Origin: an uncultured Nitrospiraceae bacterium
Lineage (GTDB): Bacteria > Nitrospirota > Thermodesulfovibrionia > Thermodesulfovibrionales > UBA6898
DNA: 64,000 nucleotides
Assembly: GCA_963811165.1 (NCBI GenBank)
Contig: CAWEQH010000010.1
Span: 960,001 to 1,024,000 of the forward strand
Reading direction: 5' to 3'
Part shown: positions 11,141-20,820 of the stretch, piece after piece
How positions within the stretch are numbered: the first letter of the stretch is position 1
How the letters are laid out: each line of letters begins with the position of its first letter
Translations under genes and position numbers: made by a program
Notes under the pieces: generated by a model
The model's input: only the letters and a program-made list of their open reading frames with translations
Databases searched by the model: none
What the model was told of the DNA's origin: nothing

Positions 11141-12850
11141 CTATTTATGAAAAACGGGACTAAAAGGGATCTTTGAAATAACCTCTTCGACAGTAGTTAT
11201 CCCTTCTGCGACCTTCTGCCATGCATCTTCAAAGAGCGTCACCATGCCGGATTCCCGTGCCGCCTCCCACACATCATCTTCAGAGGCATTCTTGGCAACC
11301 AGCCTCCTGATCTTAGCGTTCATGGGAAGGAACTCGAAAACACCGGTTCTGCCTTTATACCCCGAATTGTGGCACTCTTTGCATCCGATGCCCTTATAGC
11401 ATTTCTCCAGCGGCGGGAATTCCTGTCTTATGTCGTCAGGCACTTCCACCTCTGTCAAACAGGCCGGACATATCTTCTTAAGGAGTCTTTGGGCAAAGAT
11501 GCCCGAAACAGAGGAAGTCACGAGAAAAGGTTCCAGCCCTATATCGACCAATCTGGTAATAGTTGAGACGGTATTGTTGGTATGCAGTGTGGTTAGCACC
11601 AAATGGCCCGTCATTGCGGCCCTCACCGCAATTTCCGCAGTCTCCGAATCTCTTATTTCACCTACCATGATGATGTCCGGGTCCTGCCTGAGTATTGAGC
11701 GCAGTACCGCGGCGAACGTCAGCCCTATGGGCTCGTTGATCGCTACCTGGGTTATGCCGCGGAGCTTGTATTCAACCGGGTCTTCCGCAGTAATGATATT
11801 TTCAGTCTCCGTCCTCAGATGCTGCAGGAACGCGTACAGTGTAGTCGTCTTTCCGCTGCCCGTCGGACCGGTGACGAGAAGCATGCCCTGAGGCTGATTG
11901 AATATCTCTATCATGGGCTTGAGGAGACTATTGGGGATCCCCATTTGGGTGATAGGGATAAGACCTGTGGAACGGTCCAGCAGCCTGATTACGATCTTTT
12001 CGCCATACACTGACGGGAGTGTCGATATCCTCAGGTCAATGACATTATCGGTGAGTCGGAGGGTGCTCCTGCCGTCTTGCGGGAGTCTCCGGTTCGTGAT
12101 GTCAAGGTTGGAGATGATCTTTATCCTCGATATGACAGACTCCTGGATATGCTTCGGATACTGGATAATGTTCCTCAAGTCCCCATCTATCCTATATCTG
12201 ACCTGCACATAATTGTCTTCCGGCTCGATGTGGACGTCGCTTGCCCTCAGTCTCACCGCATCCGCAAGCAGCATGGATACAAGTTTGACTATTGGAGGGG
12301 CCTCACTCAGCTGGTAGAGCGACTGAACATTTATCTCCTGGGGCGAATCCGGAGGCTCCCCTCTGAGGAACTCAACCCCGTCATACTGGGGCATCTCTTT
12401 CATGAGGTCCCACACTTTATCGCCGGTCCCGTAATTTTCTTCAATAGCGCCCAGGATCTCGGACTCGGCAGAGACGGCCACCGATATATTCAGGCCGGCG
12501 TTGAATGCGAGTTTGTCAATGGTTTGCATGTCCAGAGGATCGGCCATTGCAAGCAGCAGCTTTTTCCCTTTCAGTTCAAGGGGCAGCACGATTTTCTGTT
12601 CTGCCATTTCCTTTGGCACTATGGTAAGCAATTCCTTTGTCAATGTGTATTCGCCGCACTTGACAAGGGGGAGGGAAAGCTGCCGGGAGAGGGCCTCTGC
12701 GATCTGGAGCTCATTTGCGTAGCTAAGTTCGACGAGGACCTTGCCGAGTCTCTTGTTTCGCCCCTTCTGTGCGGTGAGTGCGGCATCGAGTTGTTCGCTG
12801 GTTATAAGCCCGGCTTCTACCAATATCTGACCTATTTTTTTCTTTAACAA
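11141..12850 (-). CDS. PilB/GspE-family secretion ATPase with N-terminal MshEN-like domain
   Basis: KIGQILVEAGLI...LTAQ and RLGKVLVEL...LSRQ; Walker A GPTGSGKTT; EDPVE; LRQDPD; CPAC/CKEC. Confidence 0.93.
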   Translation of the reverse strand: MLKKKIGQILVEAGLITSEQLDAALTAQKGRNKRLGKVLVELSYANELQIAEALSRQLSLPLVKCGEYTLTKELLTIVPKEMAEQKIVLPLELKGKKLLLAMADPLDMQTIDKLAFNAGLNISVAVSAESEILGAIEENYGTGDKVWDLMKEMPQYDGVEFLRGEPPDSPQEINVQSLYQLSEAPPIVKLVSMLLADAVRLRASDVHIEPEDNYVQVRYRIDGDLRNIIQYPKHIQESVISRIKIISNLDITNRRLPQDGRSTLRLTDNVIDLRISTLPSVYGEKIVIRLLDRSTGLIPITQMGIPNSLLKPMIEIFNQPQGMLLVTGPTGSGKTTTLYAFLQHLRTETENIITAEDPVEYKLRGITQVAINEPIGLTFAAVLRSILRQDPDIIMVGEIRDSETAEIAVRAAMTGHLVLTTLHTNNTVSTITRLVDIGLEPFLVTSSVSGIFAQRLLKKICPACLTEVEVPDDIRQEFPPLEKCYKGIGCKECHNSGYKGRTGVFEFLPMNAKIRRLVAKNASEDDVWEAARESGMVTLFEDAWQKVAEGITTVEEVISKIPFSPVFHK

Positions 12851-12899
12851 GTTGTTCCCTCCCCTATTGACTTAGTTATGAGGTAACTGTTTATTAAAA

Positions 12900-12926
12900 A
12901 TATCGGTATTTCCCCCTAAAAACTTA
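12900..12926 (-). promoter_or_regulatory. Putative sigma28 (FliA) promoter
   Basis: Minus strand TAAG-N15-ACCGATAT versus consensus TAAA-N15-GCCGATAA; 50 bp upstream of the ATPase start. Confidence 0.6.
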
Positions 12927-13119
12927 AGGCGGCAATATGAAGCTGCGACTTCCTGTGAGAAAGCGGCATAGGCATCGCCTCTTCGTCTCTGAGGGATCGT
13001 CGGTATTTGTGGTATCGGACAATTAGGGAAAAGGCAGTCTTTCTTTACGAAATGACCGGCTCACTTGCCGTTACGTCGGATCAAATCGATAGACGGGATT
13101 TTTCTGACAGCTTGTAAGC

Positions 13120-13150
13120 AAAAAAGGCAGGCCCGACGGCCTGCCTTTTT
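13120..13150 (-). terminator. Intrinsic terminator after PPIase gene (bidirectional shape)
   Basis: AAAAAAGGCAGGCC-CGAC-GGCCTGCCTTTTT. Confidence 0.85.
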
Positions 13151-13177
13151 CGTCTTCGACCGGCAGTGACTTCTTCT

Positions 13178-14092
13178 TTACTTCTTCTTCACGCCAGAGG
13201 GTTTCTCCGGGGCAGCCTGGGGCATTTCGGCCTTTTTCGGCTCCGGTGAAATCTTTGCGAGTACGTCTTTGTTGATCTCTACCTTATAATTTTTTCTGAT
13301 TTCAGCTATATAGTTGTCGAAAGCCTCTTTCTGCTTCTCTCCCGTAAGTCTCTGGTAAATGACGTCCTTCACCCTGTCGAACTCAACAACGGGTCCGGTC
13401 TTCCTGCCGGTGACCTTGATGATATGATATCCATACGCTGTTTTGACGGGACCGCTCAATTCTCCGACCTTAAGGCCGGCAGCTGCCTTCTCAAATTCCG
13501 GCACGAGCTGTCCCCGCGCGAAGAACCCGATGTCCCCGCCATTTACCGCCGACTTAGCGTCGAGGGATTCCTTCTTTGCGATCTCTTCGAACTTCTCTCC
13601 CTTTTTGAGCCTCGCCAAAACCTTGTTCGCCTCGGCCTCCGTCTTTACCAGGATATGGCTCGCCCTTATCTGGCTCGTTGTCGTGAAGTCCTCCTTGTGT
13701 TTATCGTAGTAGTCTTTCACTTCCTGTTCCGTCACCTTGCTTTTGGACATTATCTCTTTCTCGAGAAGTTGCGAGGCGAGGGTCAGTTTCTTGAATTCTT
13801 CGAGCTTCCTGTCGAAGTCAGGGCTCTTGTCTATGCCCTTTTTCAGGGCCTCCTGGTAGAGGATCTCCTTCTTTATTATCTCGTCAAGGAACTTCTCCTT
13901 GCCTGCCTCACCCTCGAACAACTGCTGCGCGTAGTCGGGCAGAGACTTCATTTCCCTCTCGAAATCGGCCTCCGTGATGTTTGCACTTCCGACCTTCGCA
14001 ACAACGGGCCCCTGCGCAATCTTATCGGCCGTCTTTTGCGTGCAGGAAAAAAGTAGCCCCGCAAATAAGATGCTCACCATAATCCTTTTCAT
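13178..14092 (-). CDS. PpiC/parvulin-type peptidyl-prolyl isomerase lipoprotein (PrsA/SurA-like)
   Basis: Start moved to ATG 14092 (GGAGG RBS); signal ending LLFSC; ASHILV, GGDIGFF, PEFEKAA, YGYHII. Confidence 0.9.
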   Translation of the reverse strand: MKRIMVSILFAGLLFSCTQKTADKIAQGPVVAKVGSANITEADFEREMKSLPDYAQQLFEGEAGKEKFLDEIIKKEILYQEALKKGIDKSPDFDRKLEEFKKLTLASQLLEKEIMSKSKVTEQEVKDYYDKHKEDFTTTSQIRASHILVKTEAEANKVLARLKKGEKFEEIAKKESLDAKSAVNGGDIGFFARGQLVPEFEKAAAGLKVGELSGPVKTAYGYHIIKVTGRKTGPVVEFDRVKDVIYQRLTGEKQKEAFDNYIAEIRKNYKVEINKDVLAKISPEPKKAEMPQAAPEKPSGVKKK

Positions 14093-14236
14093 TACTATAT
14101 CCTCCAAGTATATTTTTTGCTGCATCGTCCTATTGTATATCAAATAGCACAATATTTGTCGTAGTGTCCTAAGGACACTACCATATTTTTCGCCCTTTTG
14201 ACAGGGAAAGTTTCTTTATGATAAATTAAATAGATT

Positions 14237-15532
14237 ATGGGCACAATGAGAAAATTTGACCGATCAAAAGACCTTTTTAAGAAGGCGTCGGCACTCATCC
14301 CCGGCGGGGTAAACAGCCCTGTCCGCGCATTCAAGGCCGTCGGGGGGAATCCCCTCTTCATCGAAAAGGCGCGAGGTCCCAGGATCTATGACGCCGATGG
14401 AAACTCCTACCTTGATTATGTGCTGTCCTGGGGACCGATGATACTCGGTCACGCACATCCCCGGGTTGTAAAGGCCCTCAAAAAGGCCGTTGAAAAAGGC
14501 ACAAGCTTCGGCGCTCCCACCGCGCTCGAAATCGAACTCGCGGAACTGGTGCTTAAGGCGTATCCCTCTATGGACAAGGTGCGCATGGTAAATTCAGGCA
14601 CCGAAGCGACCATGAGCGCCATCAGAGCGGCAAGAGGTTTCACCGGAAGAGACAAGATCATCAAATTTGAAGGGTGCTACCATGGCCACGCCGACGGTCT
14701 CCTTGTAAAGGCGGGGTCGGGCGCAATGACGTTCGGACTGCCTGACAGCCCCGGGGTGCCGAAGGCTTACGCGAAAAACACCATCACCCTTCCCTATAAC
14801 GACGTCAAGGCATTGAAGGCCATGATAGAAAAAGAATGGCGCTCCGTCGCCTGCGTTATCGTTGAACCGGTCGTCGGCAACATAGGCTGCGTGCTTCCGA
14901 GACCCGGCTTCCTTGAGGCGCTGCGGAAACTCACCCGCAGACACGGCATCGTCCTTATATTCGACGAGGTGATGACCGGCTTCAGGGTCTCATTCGGCGG
15001 TGCGCAGGCATCTTACGGCATCGACCCGGATATGACCTGCCTCGGGAAGGTAATCGGGGGAGGCCTGCCGGTAGGCGCCTACGGGGGCAAGAAGAAGATC
15101 ATGTCGATGGTGTCTCCGGAAGGCCCGGTGTATCAGGCCGGCACGTTATCGGGTAATCCTCTTGCTATGACCGCAGGCATCGAAACGATCAAGGAATTAT
15201 CCATTAAAGGCAGTTACCGGCAACTGGAAAATAGATCGGCACTTCTCGAAAAAGGGCTTGTCGATGCAGCCCGGAGGGCCGGCGTCAAGACCCGTTTTTA
15301 CAGGGCGGGAAGCATGTTTTGCACGTATTTTACAGATACCGAGGTGGTTGACTATGCGACTGCAAAGACCTCCGACACCGGGAAATTTTCGAAGTTCTTT
15401 GCAGAGATGCTGCAAAGGGGCATAAACCTGGCTCCCTCTCAGTTTGAGGCGGGCTTCATGTCTCTGGCGCATACCGATAAAGACATAGAAACTACCGTAA
15501 AAGCAGCATACGAAGCGTTTAAAAAAATATAA
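14237..15532 (+). CDS. hemL: Glutamate-1-semialdehyde 2,1-aminomutase
   Basis: [39 protein letters not shown] Lys in [18 protein letters not shown]. Confidence 0.97.
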   Translation: MGTMRKFDRSKDLFKKASALIPGGVNSPVRAFKAVGGNPLFIEKARGPRIYDADGNSYLDYVLSWGPMILGHAHPRVVKALKKAVEKGTSFGAPTALEIELAELVLKAYPSMDKVRMVNSGTEATMSAIRAARGFTGRDKIIKFEGCYHGHADGLLVKAGSGAMTFGLPDSPGVPKAYAKNTITLPYNDVKALKAMIEKEWRSVACVIVEPVVGNIGCVLPRPGFLEALRKLTRRHGIVLIFDEVMTGFRVSFGGAQASYGIDPDMTCLGKVIGGGLPVGAYGGKKKIMSMVSPEGPVYQAGTLSGNPLAMTAGIETIKELSIKGSYRQLENRSALLEKGLVDAARRAGVKTRFYRAGSMFCTYFTDTEVVDYATAKTSDTGKFSKFFAEMLQRGINLAPSQFEAGFMSLAHTDKDIETTVKAAYEAFKKI

Positions 15533-15567
15533 AAAAAGATTCAAAAAGATTTAGGGGAGGCTTTTAA

Positions 15568-16566
15568 ATGTTTAATCCGTTCAGCCTTATAGGAAGGCTC
15601 TATAACTGGTTCAGTGAAGGTATCTCGGCAAAGGCGAAAATCATCATTGCGGTAATAGGACTGGCCATGATGGCCGGTATGGGTTTTACCGCTTACAAGA
15701 TCAACGACTATTTCGAACACGACCCCAACGCCTGCATGACCTGCCACGTCCATGACGAGCAGAACAAGAAATGGGCACACAGCGAGCACAAGACAGTCAC
15801 CTGCCACGAGTGTCATCACGCGACAAAGAAGGAGCAGATGGTGCAGATGTACCGTTTCGCATTCCTCGGAGTCAAGTCGGTTTCGCCGCGCCATGGCGAA
15901 ATACTCGTCGCATGGAAGGTCTGCTATCAGTGCCATTGGGAGAGGAACCCGAAATATCCTCAAGCCAAGAACATCAGCCATTCGCGGCTTCATGCCAGGC
16001 ATTATTACATGGAGCAGATCGAATGCATTAAGTGTCACGGGTACAACATCCACCAGTTCACGGCTGAGCCGCGTTTCTGCGTGAGATGCCACGAGGGCAG
16101 GGAGGTCCACGGGGCCGGCATGGAGGGTCTGGCGTGTCTGAACTGCCATACCGACAGGACAGTAGACCTAAAGCCCGGGCGTGCGAAATGTCTCTACTGT
16201 CATGGTGGGGAGAAAGTAAGAAAGGAACTCATCGCCGGAGGAACTCTGGATGTGACCCATTACCAGCCCGACGAAAACACGATCAAGAGGGCCATCAAGA
16301 TCAATGTCCCCGACGATGCTCCGATGCAGTTCTACTGCTACGAATGTCACAAGCCGCACAAGACCGCGCGTCCGAACTGGGGCAACTGTACGACTTGCCA
16401 CAGGAACATCATGAGTGTGGGCAAACATTCGCTGCATATCCAGGACATGAATATGAAGTGCAAGAACTGCCACAAACCGCATGTCTGGAGGGTCTCTCCG
16501 GAGCAGGCAAGGAAGGACTGCGTCAAGTGTCACGAATACAGGGACCCCAAGAAGTTCCTGTCTTAG
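15568..16566 (+). CDS. Membrane-anchored 11-heme c-type cytochrome (NapC/NirT-like N-terminus)
   Basis: One N-terminal TM; 11 CxxCH: CMTCH, CHECH, CYQCH, CIKCH, CVRCH, CLNCH, CLYCH, CYECH, CTTCH, CKNCH, CVKCH. Confidence 0.92.
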   Translation: MFNPFSLIGRLYNWFSEGISAKAKIIIAVIGLAMMAGMGFTAYKINDYFEHDPNACMTCHVHDEQNKKWAHSEHKTVTCHECHHATKKEQMVQMYRFAFLGVKSVSPRHGEILVAWKVCYQCHWERNPKYPQAKNISHSRLHARHYYMEQIECIKCHGYNIHQFTAEPRFCVRCHEGREVHGAGMEGLACLNCHTDRTVDLKPGRAKCLYCHGGEKVRKELIAGGTLDVTHYQPDENTIKRAIKINVPDDAPMQFYCYECHKPHKTARPNWGNCTTCHRNIMSVGKHSLHIQDMNMKCKNCHKPHVWRVSPEQARKDCVKCHEYRDPKKFLS

Positions 16567-16580
16567 AAAAATAATCACAC

Positions 16581-16614
16581 AGGGCCGGGGAAGGATTTCC
16601 CGGCCCTTTTTTTT
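16581..16614 (+). terminator. Intrinsic terminator
   Basis: AGGGCCGGG...CCCGGCCCT stem followed by T run. Confidence 0.85.
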
Positions 16615-16820
16615 CGTTTATCCCTGATCCCTTGGACAAAATGTCGCGCCTTTTATAATGGCCTTTCGGGTTTAGTGCGGCGGGAAATCCCGATGTCACG
16701 ATGCCATCCGTCACGTGCACTTGCACCGCAGCACAGATTCTCTGCAGGTCCAAAAAGATAGAGCACCCTATCCACAATAATAACTGCAATTTTAAAGTTT
16801 TTACTTATTGAAACTTCAAA

Positions 16821-16850
16821 TTGACACGCTGCTCGCGCGGATGATAAGTT
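16821..16850 (+). promoter_or_regulatory. Putative sigma70 promoter
   Basis: TTGACA, 18 bp, then TAAGTT with extended TGn; AT-rich upstream. Confidence 0.45.
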
Positions 16851-17024
16851 CATATATGGTAACTACGCCACGTCAATATCTTCAGAACCGGAACTATGAC
16901 GTATAGACAGGAAAAAGCCCCCCCGATGGAGATTCACAAAAAATCGCTTAGGAGAGGAGGTATCGAGGGGCGTTTAGTTTGTTAGTGGTACGGCAGATTA
17001 TTCTTAAAATAACGGGAGAACCGA

Positions 17025-17339
17025 ATGACAAGGACGGCAAAGCTTAGAATCATCATCGCAACATGTTTCCTATATGCAAGTCTTTTTTTTGTATCCGGCG
17101 CTTTTGCAGTAACGGAAAACGAGTGTATAAACGGAGGCGGCTCTGTCTCTGAGGGCAGCGGGTGCAAATTCTGTGTTGGAGGAAAATTCGACCTTACCGA
17201 GATCACGTACTCCGGAAAAAACGATGTCCAACTCCCCGGCGCGGCTTCTAAAGGAAGAGACAAGAAACCCTCCAAGACCTCTTCCGGAACAGCCGCCGGG
17301 CCGGACGCAGCCGACCGAAAGCAGCCTTCTTCCCCCTAA
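17025..17339 (+). CDS. Small exported hypothetical protein with three Cys
   Basis: GGAG RBS; signal peptide ending AFA; ECINGGG...GCKFCVGG; low-complexity tail. Confidence 0.6.
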   Translation: MTRTAKLRIIIATCFLYASLFFVSGAFAVTENECINGGGSVSEGSGCKFCVGGKFDLTEITYSGKNDVQLPGAASKGRDKKPSKTSSGTAAGPDAADRKQPSSP

Positions 17340-17496
17340 AGAAATGTCAGAACGCAAAGTTGGCGCGAAGCGCCTCGAGTGTGAATGAAGAAATGTTCAT
17401 CGGCCAATATAATCGCGTTTTTTTTCGTCCATTTGCGTGCATGCCGAATAGGTGATACTATGGAAAAATATATTGATCAAACCGAGGTACTACTGA

Positions 17497-17970
17497 ATGA
17501 AAAGTCACGTCTTTCGTCCGCTGGTGGTTGTAGTCGGTCTCGTCTGTCTCATCCTGATTTTCCGAATGTTCTATGTGCCGAAGGATTTCGGCGTTCATGG
17601 AAGGGGGTACATGTACGGGTGGTACCGGAAAAATAATATCCAGTTCTGGAAAGATTTCAAGGTCAAGTATCAGGGCACTGAATACTGCAAGGACTGTCAT
17701 TCCGACAAGTACGAGAGCATCATGACAACGCCCCATGCGATCATCCCGTGCGAAGACTGTCACGGTCCGGCAATCGAGCATCCCTCGGAGCCCCAGAAAC
17801 TTGCAATCGACAAAAGCAGGGGACTCTGTCTGAGGTGTCACAGTTCGTTGCCCTATCCGACAAGCGGCAGGTCGGAGATCAGGGGAATAGATCCCGACAC
17901 CCATAACCCGGACGTTGAATGCGTCATGTGCCATAACCCGCATAAACCGTCTCTGGAGGGACTGAAATGA
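17497..17970 (+). CDS. Membrane-anchored tetraheme cytochrome c (resembles Geobacter Cbc4 subunit CbcS)
   Basis: N-terminal TM; CKDCH, CEDCH, CLRCH, CVMCH; 4-bp overlap with FeS gene. Confidence 0.88.
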   Translation: MKSHVFRPLVVVVGLVCLILIFRMFYVPKDFGVHGRGYMYGWYRKNNIQFWKDFKVKYQGTEYCKDCHSDKYESIMTTPHAIIPCEDCHGPAIEHPSEPQKLAIDKSRGLCLRCHSSLPYPTSGRSEIRGIDPDTHNPDVECVMCHNPHKPSLEGLK

Positions 17971-18749
17971 ACAGAAGAGACTTCCTGAAAAAATCGGTCG
18001 TAGTCGCGGGAGGGCTGGTCCTGCCGCTTACTGCCTTCAAGATTCTGACCCCGAAAGAACTATTCGCCTCCATGGGAGACAAGGCAAAGGTGAGGTGGGT
18101 CTTCCTTGTCGACACCTATAAATGCGTCGGCTGCGGCATGTGCGTAAAGGCGTGTAAACTCGAAAATGAGATCCCCTACGACGCCAATGTGACGCGGACG
18201 TGGGTGGAACGATATGTCATCACGAAGGAAGGGAAGACCTTCGCCGATACCCCCAAAGGGGCGAGGGACGGCTTCATTACATCGAAGATAGACCTCGGTG
18301 AAGGCAGGTATCAGGACATAAAGAAGGAAGACATCGACAAGGCGTTTTTCGTGCCGAAACTCTGCAACCAGTGCGAAAACCCTCCCTGCGTTCAGGTCTG
18401 CCCTGTGGGGGCTACGTACCAGACGGATGACGGCATCGTCCTGGTCGACAGGACGTGGTGCATCGGCTGCGGCTATTGCATCATGGGTTGTCCTTACGGG
18501 GTGCGTTTCTTTCATCCGGTATACCACACCGCCGAGAAGTGCAATTTCTGCTACCACAGAATAACGAAGGGCCTGAAGACGGCGTGTGTCCAGGCCTGCC
18601 CGTTCGGTGCGCGACAGATCGGAAACATCAAAGACCCCAACGACCCGGTGGCGAAGGTCATCATGAAAGAAAGGGTCGGCATACTGAAAGAAGAATACGG
18701 CACAAAGCCGCAGGTCTATTATATCGGTCTTGACAGGGAGGTGAAATAA
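17967..18749 (+). CDS. Tat-exported 4x[4Fe-4S] protein (NrfC/DsrO/CbcT-like)
   Basis: RRDFLK; CVGCGMCVKAC, CNQCENPPCVQVCP, CIGCGYCIMGCP, CNFC...CVQACP. Confidence 0.92.
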   Translation: MNRRDFLKKSVVVAGGLVLPLTAFKILTPKELFASMGDKAKVRWVFLVDTYKCVGCGMCVKACKLENEIPYDANVTRTWVERYVITKEGKTFADTPKGARDGFITSKIDLGEGRYQDIKKEDIDKAFFVPKLCNQCENPPCVQVCPVGATYQTDDGIVLVDRTWCIGCGYCIMGCPYGVRFFHPVYHTAEKCNFCYHRITKGLKTACVQACPFGARQIGNIKDPNDPVAKVIMKERVGILKEEYGTKPQVYYIGLDREVK

Positions 18750-18750
18750 G

Positions 18751-20004
18751 ATGGTCCACGGAGAACTTTGGACAGTAAAGGAACTTTTTGTCTATCCGAA
18801 TGAGTACATTTACTGGAGCATACAGATCGTCATGTACCCATTCATGACGGGACTCGTCGCCGGGGCCTTCGTGCTCTCGTCGCTTTACCACGTCTTTGGG
18901 ATAAAGCAGCTGAAGGAGATGGCCCGTTTCGCGCTCGTCTTCTCGTTTGCCCTCCTCTTTGCAGCGCCTATGCCGATCGTGCTGCATCTGCAGCATCCCT
19001 TCAGGGGGATAAACGTATTAATGACCCCGCACTTCACCTCGGCCATAGCCGCCTTCGGTATCGTCTTTTTCACCTATGGGGCGATCGTCGCATCCGAACT
19101 TTGGTTTCTTTACAGGAAACACTTTGTCGAGATCGCGCTGCCGCTTAAAGAGAAACAGGACAAGACCTTCTCAGAGTGGCTGAAATTTTTCCTCTTTTGC
19201 ACACTCACCCTCGGCGTTTACGATGTGAGCGAGGAGGCGCTAAAGAAGGACGAGAAGGCGATCAAGGTGCTCGCCGGAGTCGGCATCCCTGTGGCCTGTT
19301 TTCTCCACGGGTATGCGGGCTTCATCTTCGGCTCGGTCAAGGCAAACGCACTCTGGATGACCCCCCTTATGCCGGTCATCTTCATTATGTCGGCCATCGT
19401 CTCAGGCATAGCTCTTTGCATGCTCACCTACATCGTGACGATGGAGATAAGAAAGTTCCTTGCGTCGCGGAAGAAAACACCGTATCAGCTTTACCAGTCG
19501 AAGGAAGAAATAAAGGGGGTAGAGGTGAGCGTGATACGCATGACTGCGCGATATCTCCTGTTTTTCTTTGTCTTCGCCATAAGCCTCGAACTCCTCGATC
19601 TTATCTTCAGAGGGTATACCGCGGTGAAATCCTGGGACGTCCTTCGGAGCGTCATCTACGGAAGGGACTTCACGGACATATTCATTCTCCAGTACGGCAT
19701 CGGCAACCTCATCCCCATGATCCTTTTCCTGATCCCGGGCCTGACGATAAGGAGAGCGGTCCTCGGGGTGATACTGGTGCTCTTCGGGGTCTTCATGATG
19801 AGGTGGAACGTCGTGATCGGGGGACAGGCCTTCTCCCTCTCTTTTGCGGGCTACATGCATTACAAGATGCCGATTATCCCTCATGACTGGGAGACTTTCA
19901 AGGAGGGGCTCTTCGGCGCCCTGTCGATCTTGGTTATGCCTTTTGTATTGTTCTGGATAATTGCAAAGATATTCCCTGTTTTCGAGTTGAAAGAATCCCA
20001 TTAG
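18751..20004 (+). CDS. NrfD/PsrC-family quinone-interacting membrane subunit (CbcU-like)
   Basis: Many TMs; WSIQIVMYPFMTGLVAG, HLQHPFR, YAGFIF, MRWNVVIGGQ. Confidence 0.9.
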   Translation: MVHGELWTVKELFVYPNEYIYWSIQIVMYPFMTGLVAGAFVLSSLYHVFGIKQLKEMARFALVFSFALLFAAPMPIVLHLQHPFRGINVLMTPHFTSAIAAFGIVFFTYGAIVASELWFLYRKHFVEIALPLKEKQDKTFSEWLKFFLFCTLTLGVYDVSEEALKKDEKAIKVLAGVGIPVACFLHGYAGFIFGSVKANALWMTPLMPVIFIMSAIVSGIALCMLTYIVTMEIRKFLASRKKTPYQLYQSKEEIKGVEVSVIRMTARYLLFFFVFAISLELLDLIFRGYTAVKSWDVLRSVIYGRDFTDIFILQYGIGNLIPMILFLIPGLTIRRAVLGVILVLFGVFMMRWNVVIGGQAFSLSFAGYMHYKMPIIPHDWETFKEGLFGALSILVMPFVLFWIIAKIFPVFELKESH

Positions 20005-20009
20005 CCCTT

Positions 20010-20052
20010 AAGTGTGAAGGGCCGGCTGAATCCGCCGGCCCTTCACACTTTT
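20010..20052. terminator. Terminator hairpin between convergent genes
   Basis: 17-bp perfect stem AAGTGTGAAGGGCCGGC / GCCGGCCCTTCACACTT then TT. Confidence 0.8.
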
Positions 20053-20384
20053 TACCGGATTTCCGAGGCCCCCTCTTCCCCCCTGGAAAGCACTTTGTAT
20101 CCTTTTTTTTCAAGTTGGCTTATGCCTTTCTCCAAGCTTCCATATTTTTTGATAAGTTCATCCGCATCGAAAAATTCGGGCAGCCGCTCATATTTGATAT
20201 CGGTAACAACTTCTCTCTTCCCTTTCCTTCCGATGAGGGGTTGTATTAAGCGAACGGAATACTTTTTCCCCAGCCGGTTGATTTCCCTTAGTTGCTCCCT
20301 GAGGCTTAATTCAGCTCTCAGGAACTCATCCAGTTCGGCGTCAAGCGCTTCTATAGGGTCCTGGTTGCGTACCTTAATTTTCAT
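20052..20384 (-). CDS. Hypothetical cytoplasmic protein (about 110 aa)
   Basis: ATG at 20384 with GAGGAG RBS; charged helical sequence; no motif recognised. Confidence 0.55.
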   Translation of the reverse strand: MKIKVRNQDPIEALDAELDEFLRAELSLREQLREINRLGKKYSVRLIQPLIGRKGKREVVTDIKYERLPEFFDADELIKKYGSLEKGISQLEKKGYKVLSRGEEGASEIR

Positions 20385-20820
20385 GGGCAAATGACTCCTC
20401 AATTGATAGTATTCCTGTCCCCTTACCTCAGCGGATATTTTTACCCCTTTCACGATCCCGTCTGAGTTCCGCATCCCACTCTTCGTTCTCCCCGAGGGAA
20501 GCGGATATTAATCGATTTACAAAAATTACAATTAAGAAACGAGACCTGACAGCTCCCGGATTTGTAGGAAAAAAATCTTTTATCAACACTTCTTAGTAAC
20601 CTGTTAGTAACGTATCGAGGGTCCCTGACGGGTCTTGCATTATCACGACAGGGACCATTTTGCACAATAAATAGGCACAACAAATAATGAATAAGATCAA
20701 ATTGTTATGGCCTCAAAAAGCCATTCTTACATCCCGGGTCCTCCAATAGCTTCGCCAACCGTTGAAGGAAAAGGTTTACAAATATAAATATTATAAATTG
20801 CTAATGCCTTGAGGGACCAC

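Noticed and set aside
12077..12847. 256-aa plus-strand ORF
   Set aside because: Antisense to the PilB/GspE ATPase
16650..16760. GC-rich stretch after a TATAAT, considered as riboswitch or tRNA
   Set aside because: No recognisable tRNA arms or riboswitch consensus; needs an Rfam search
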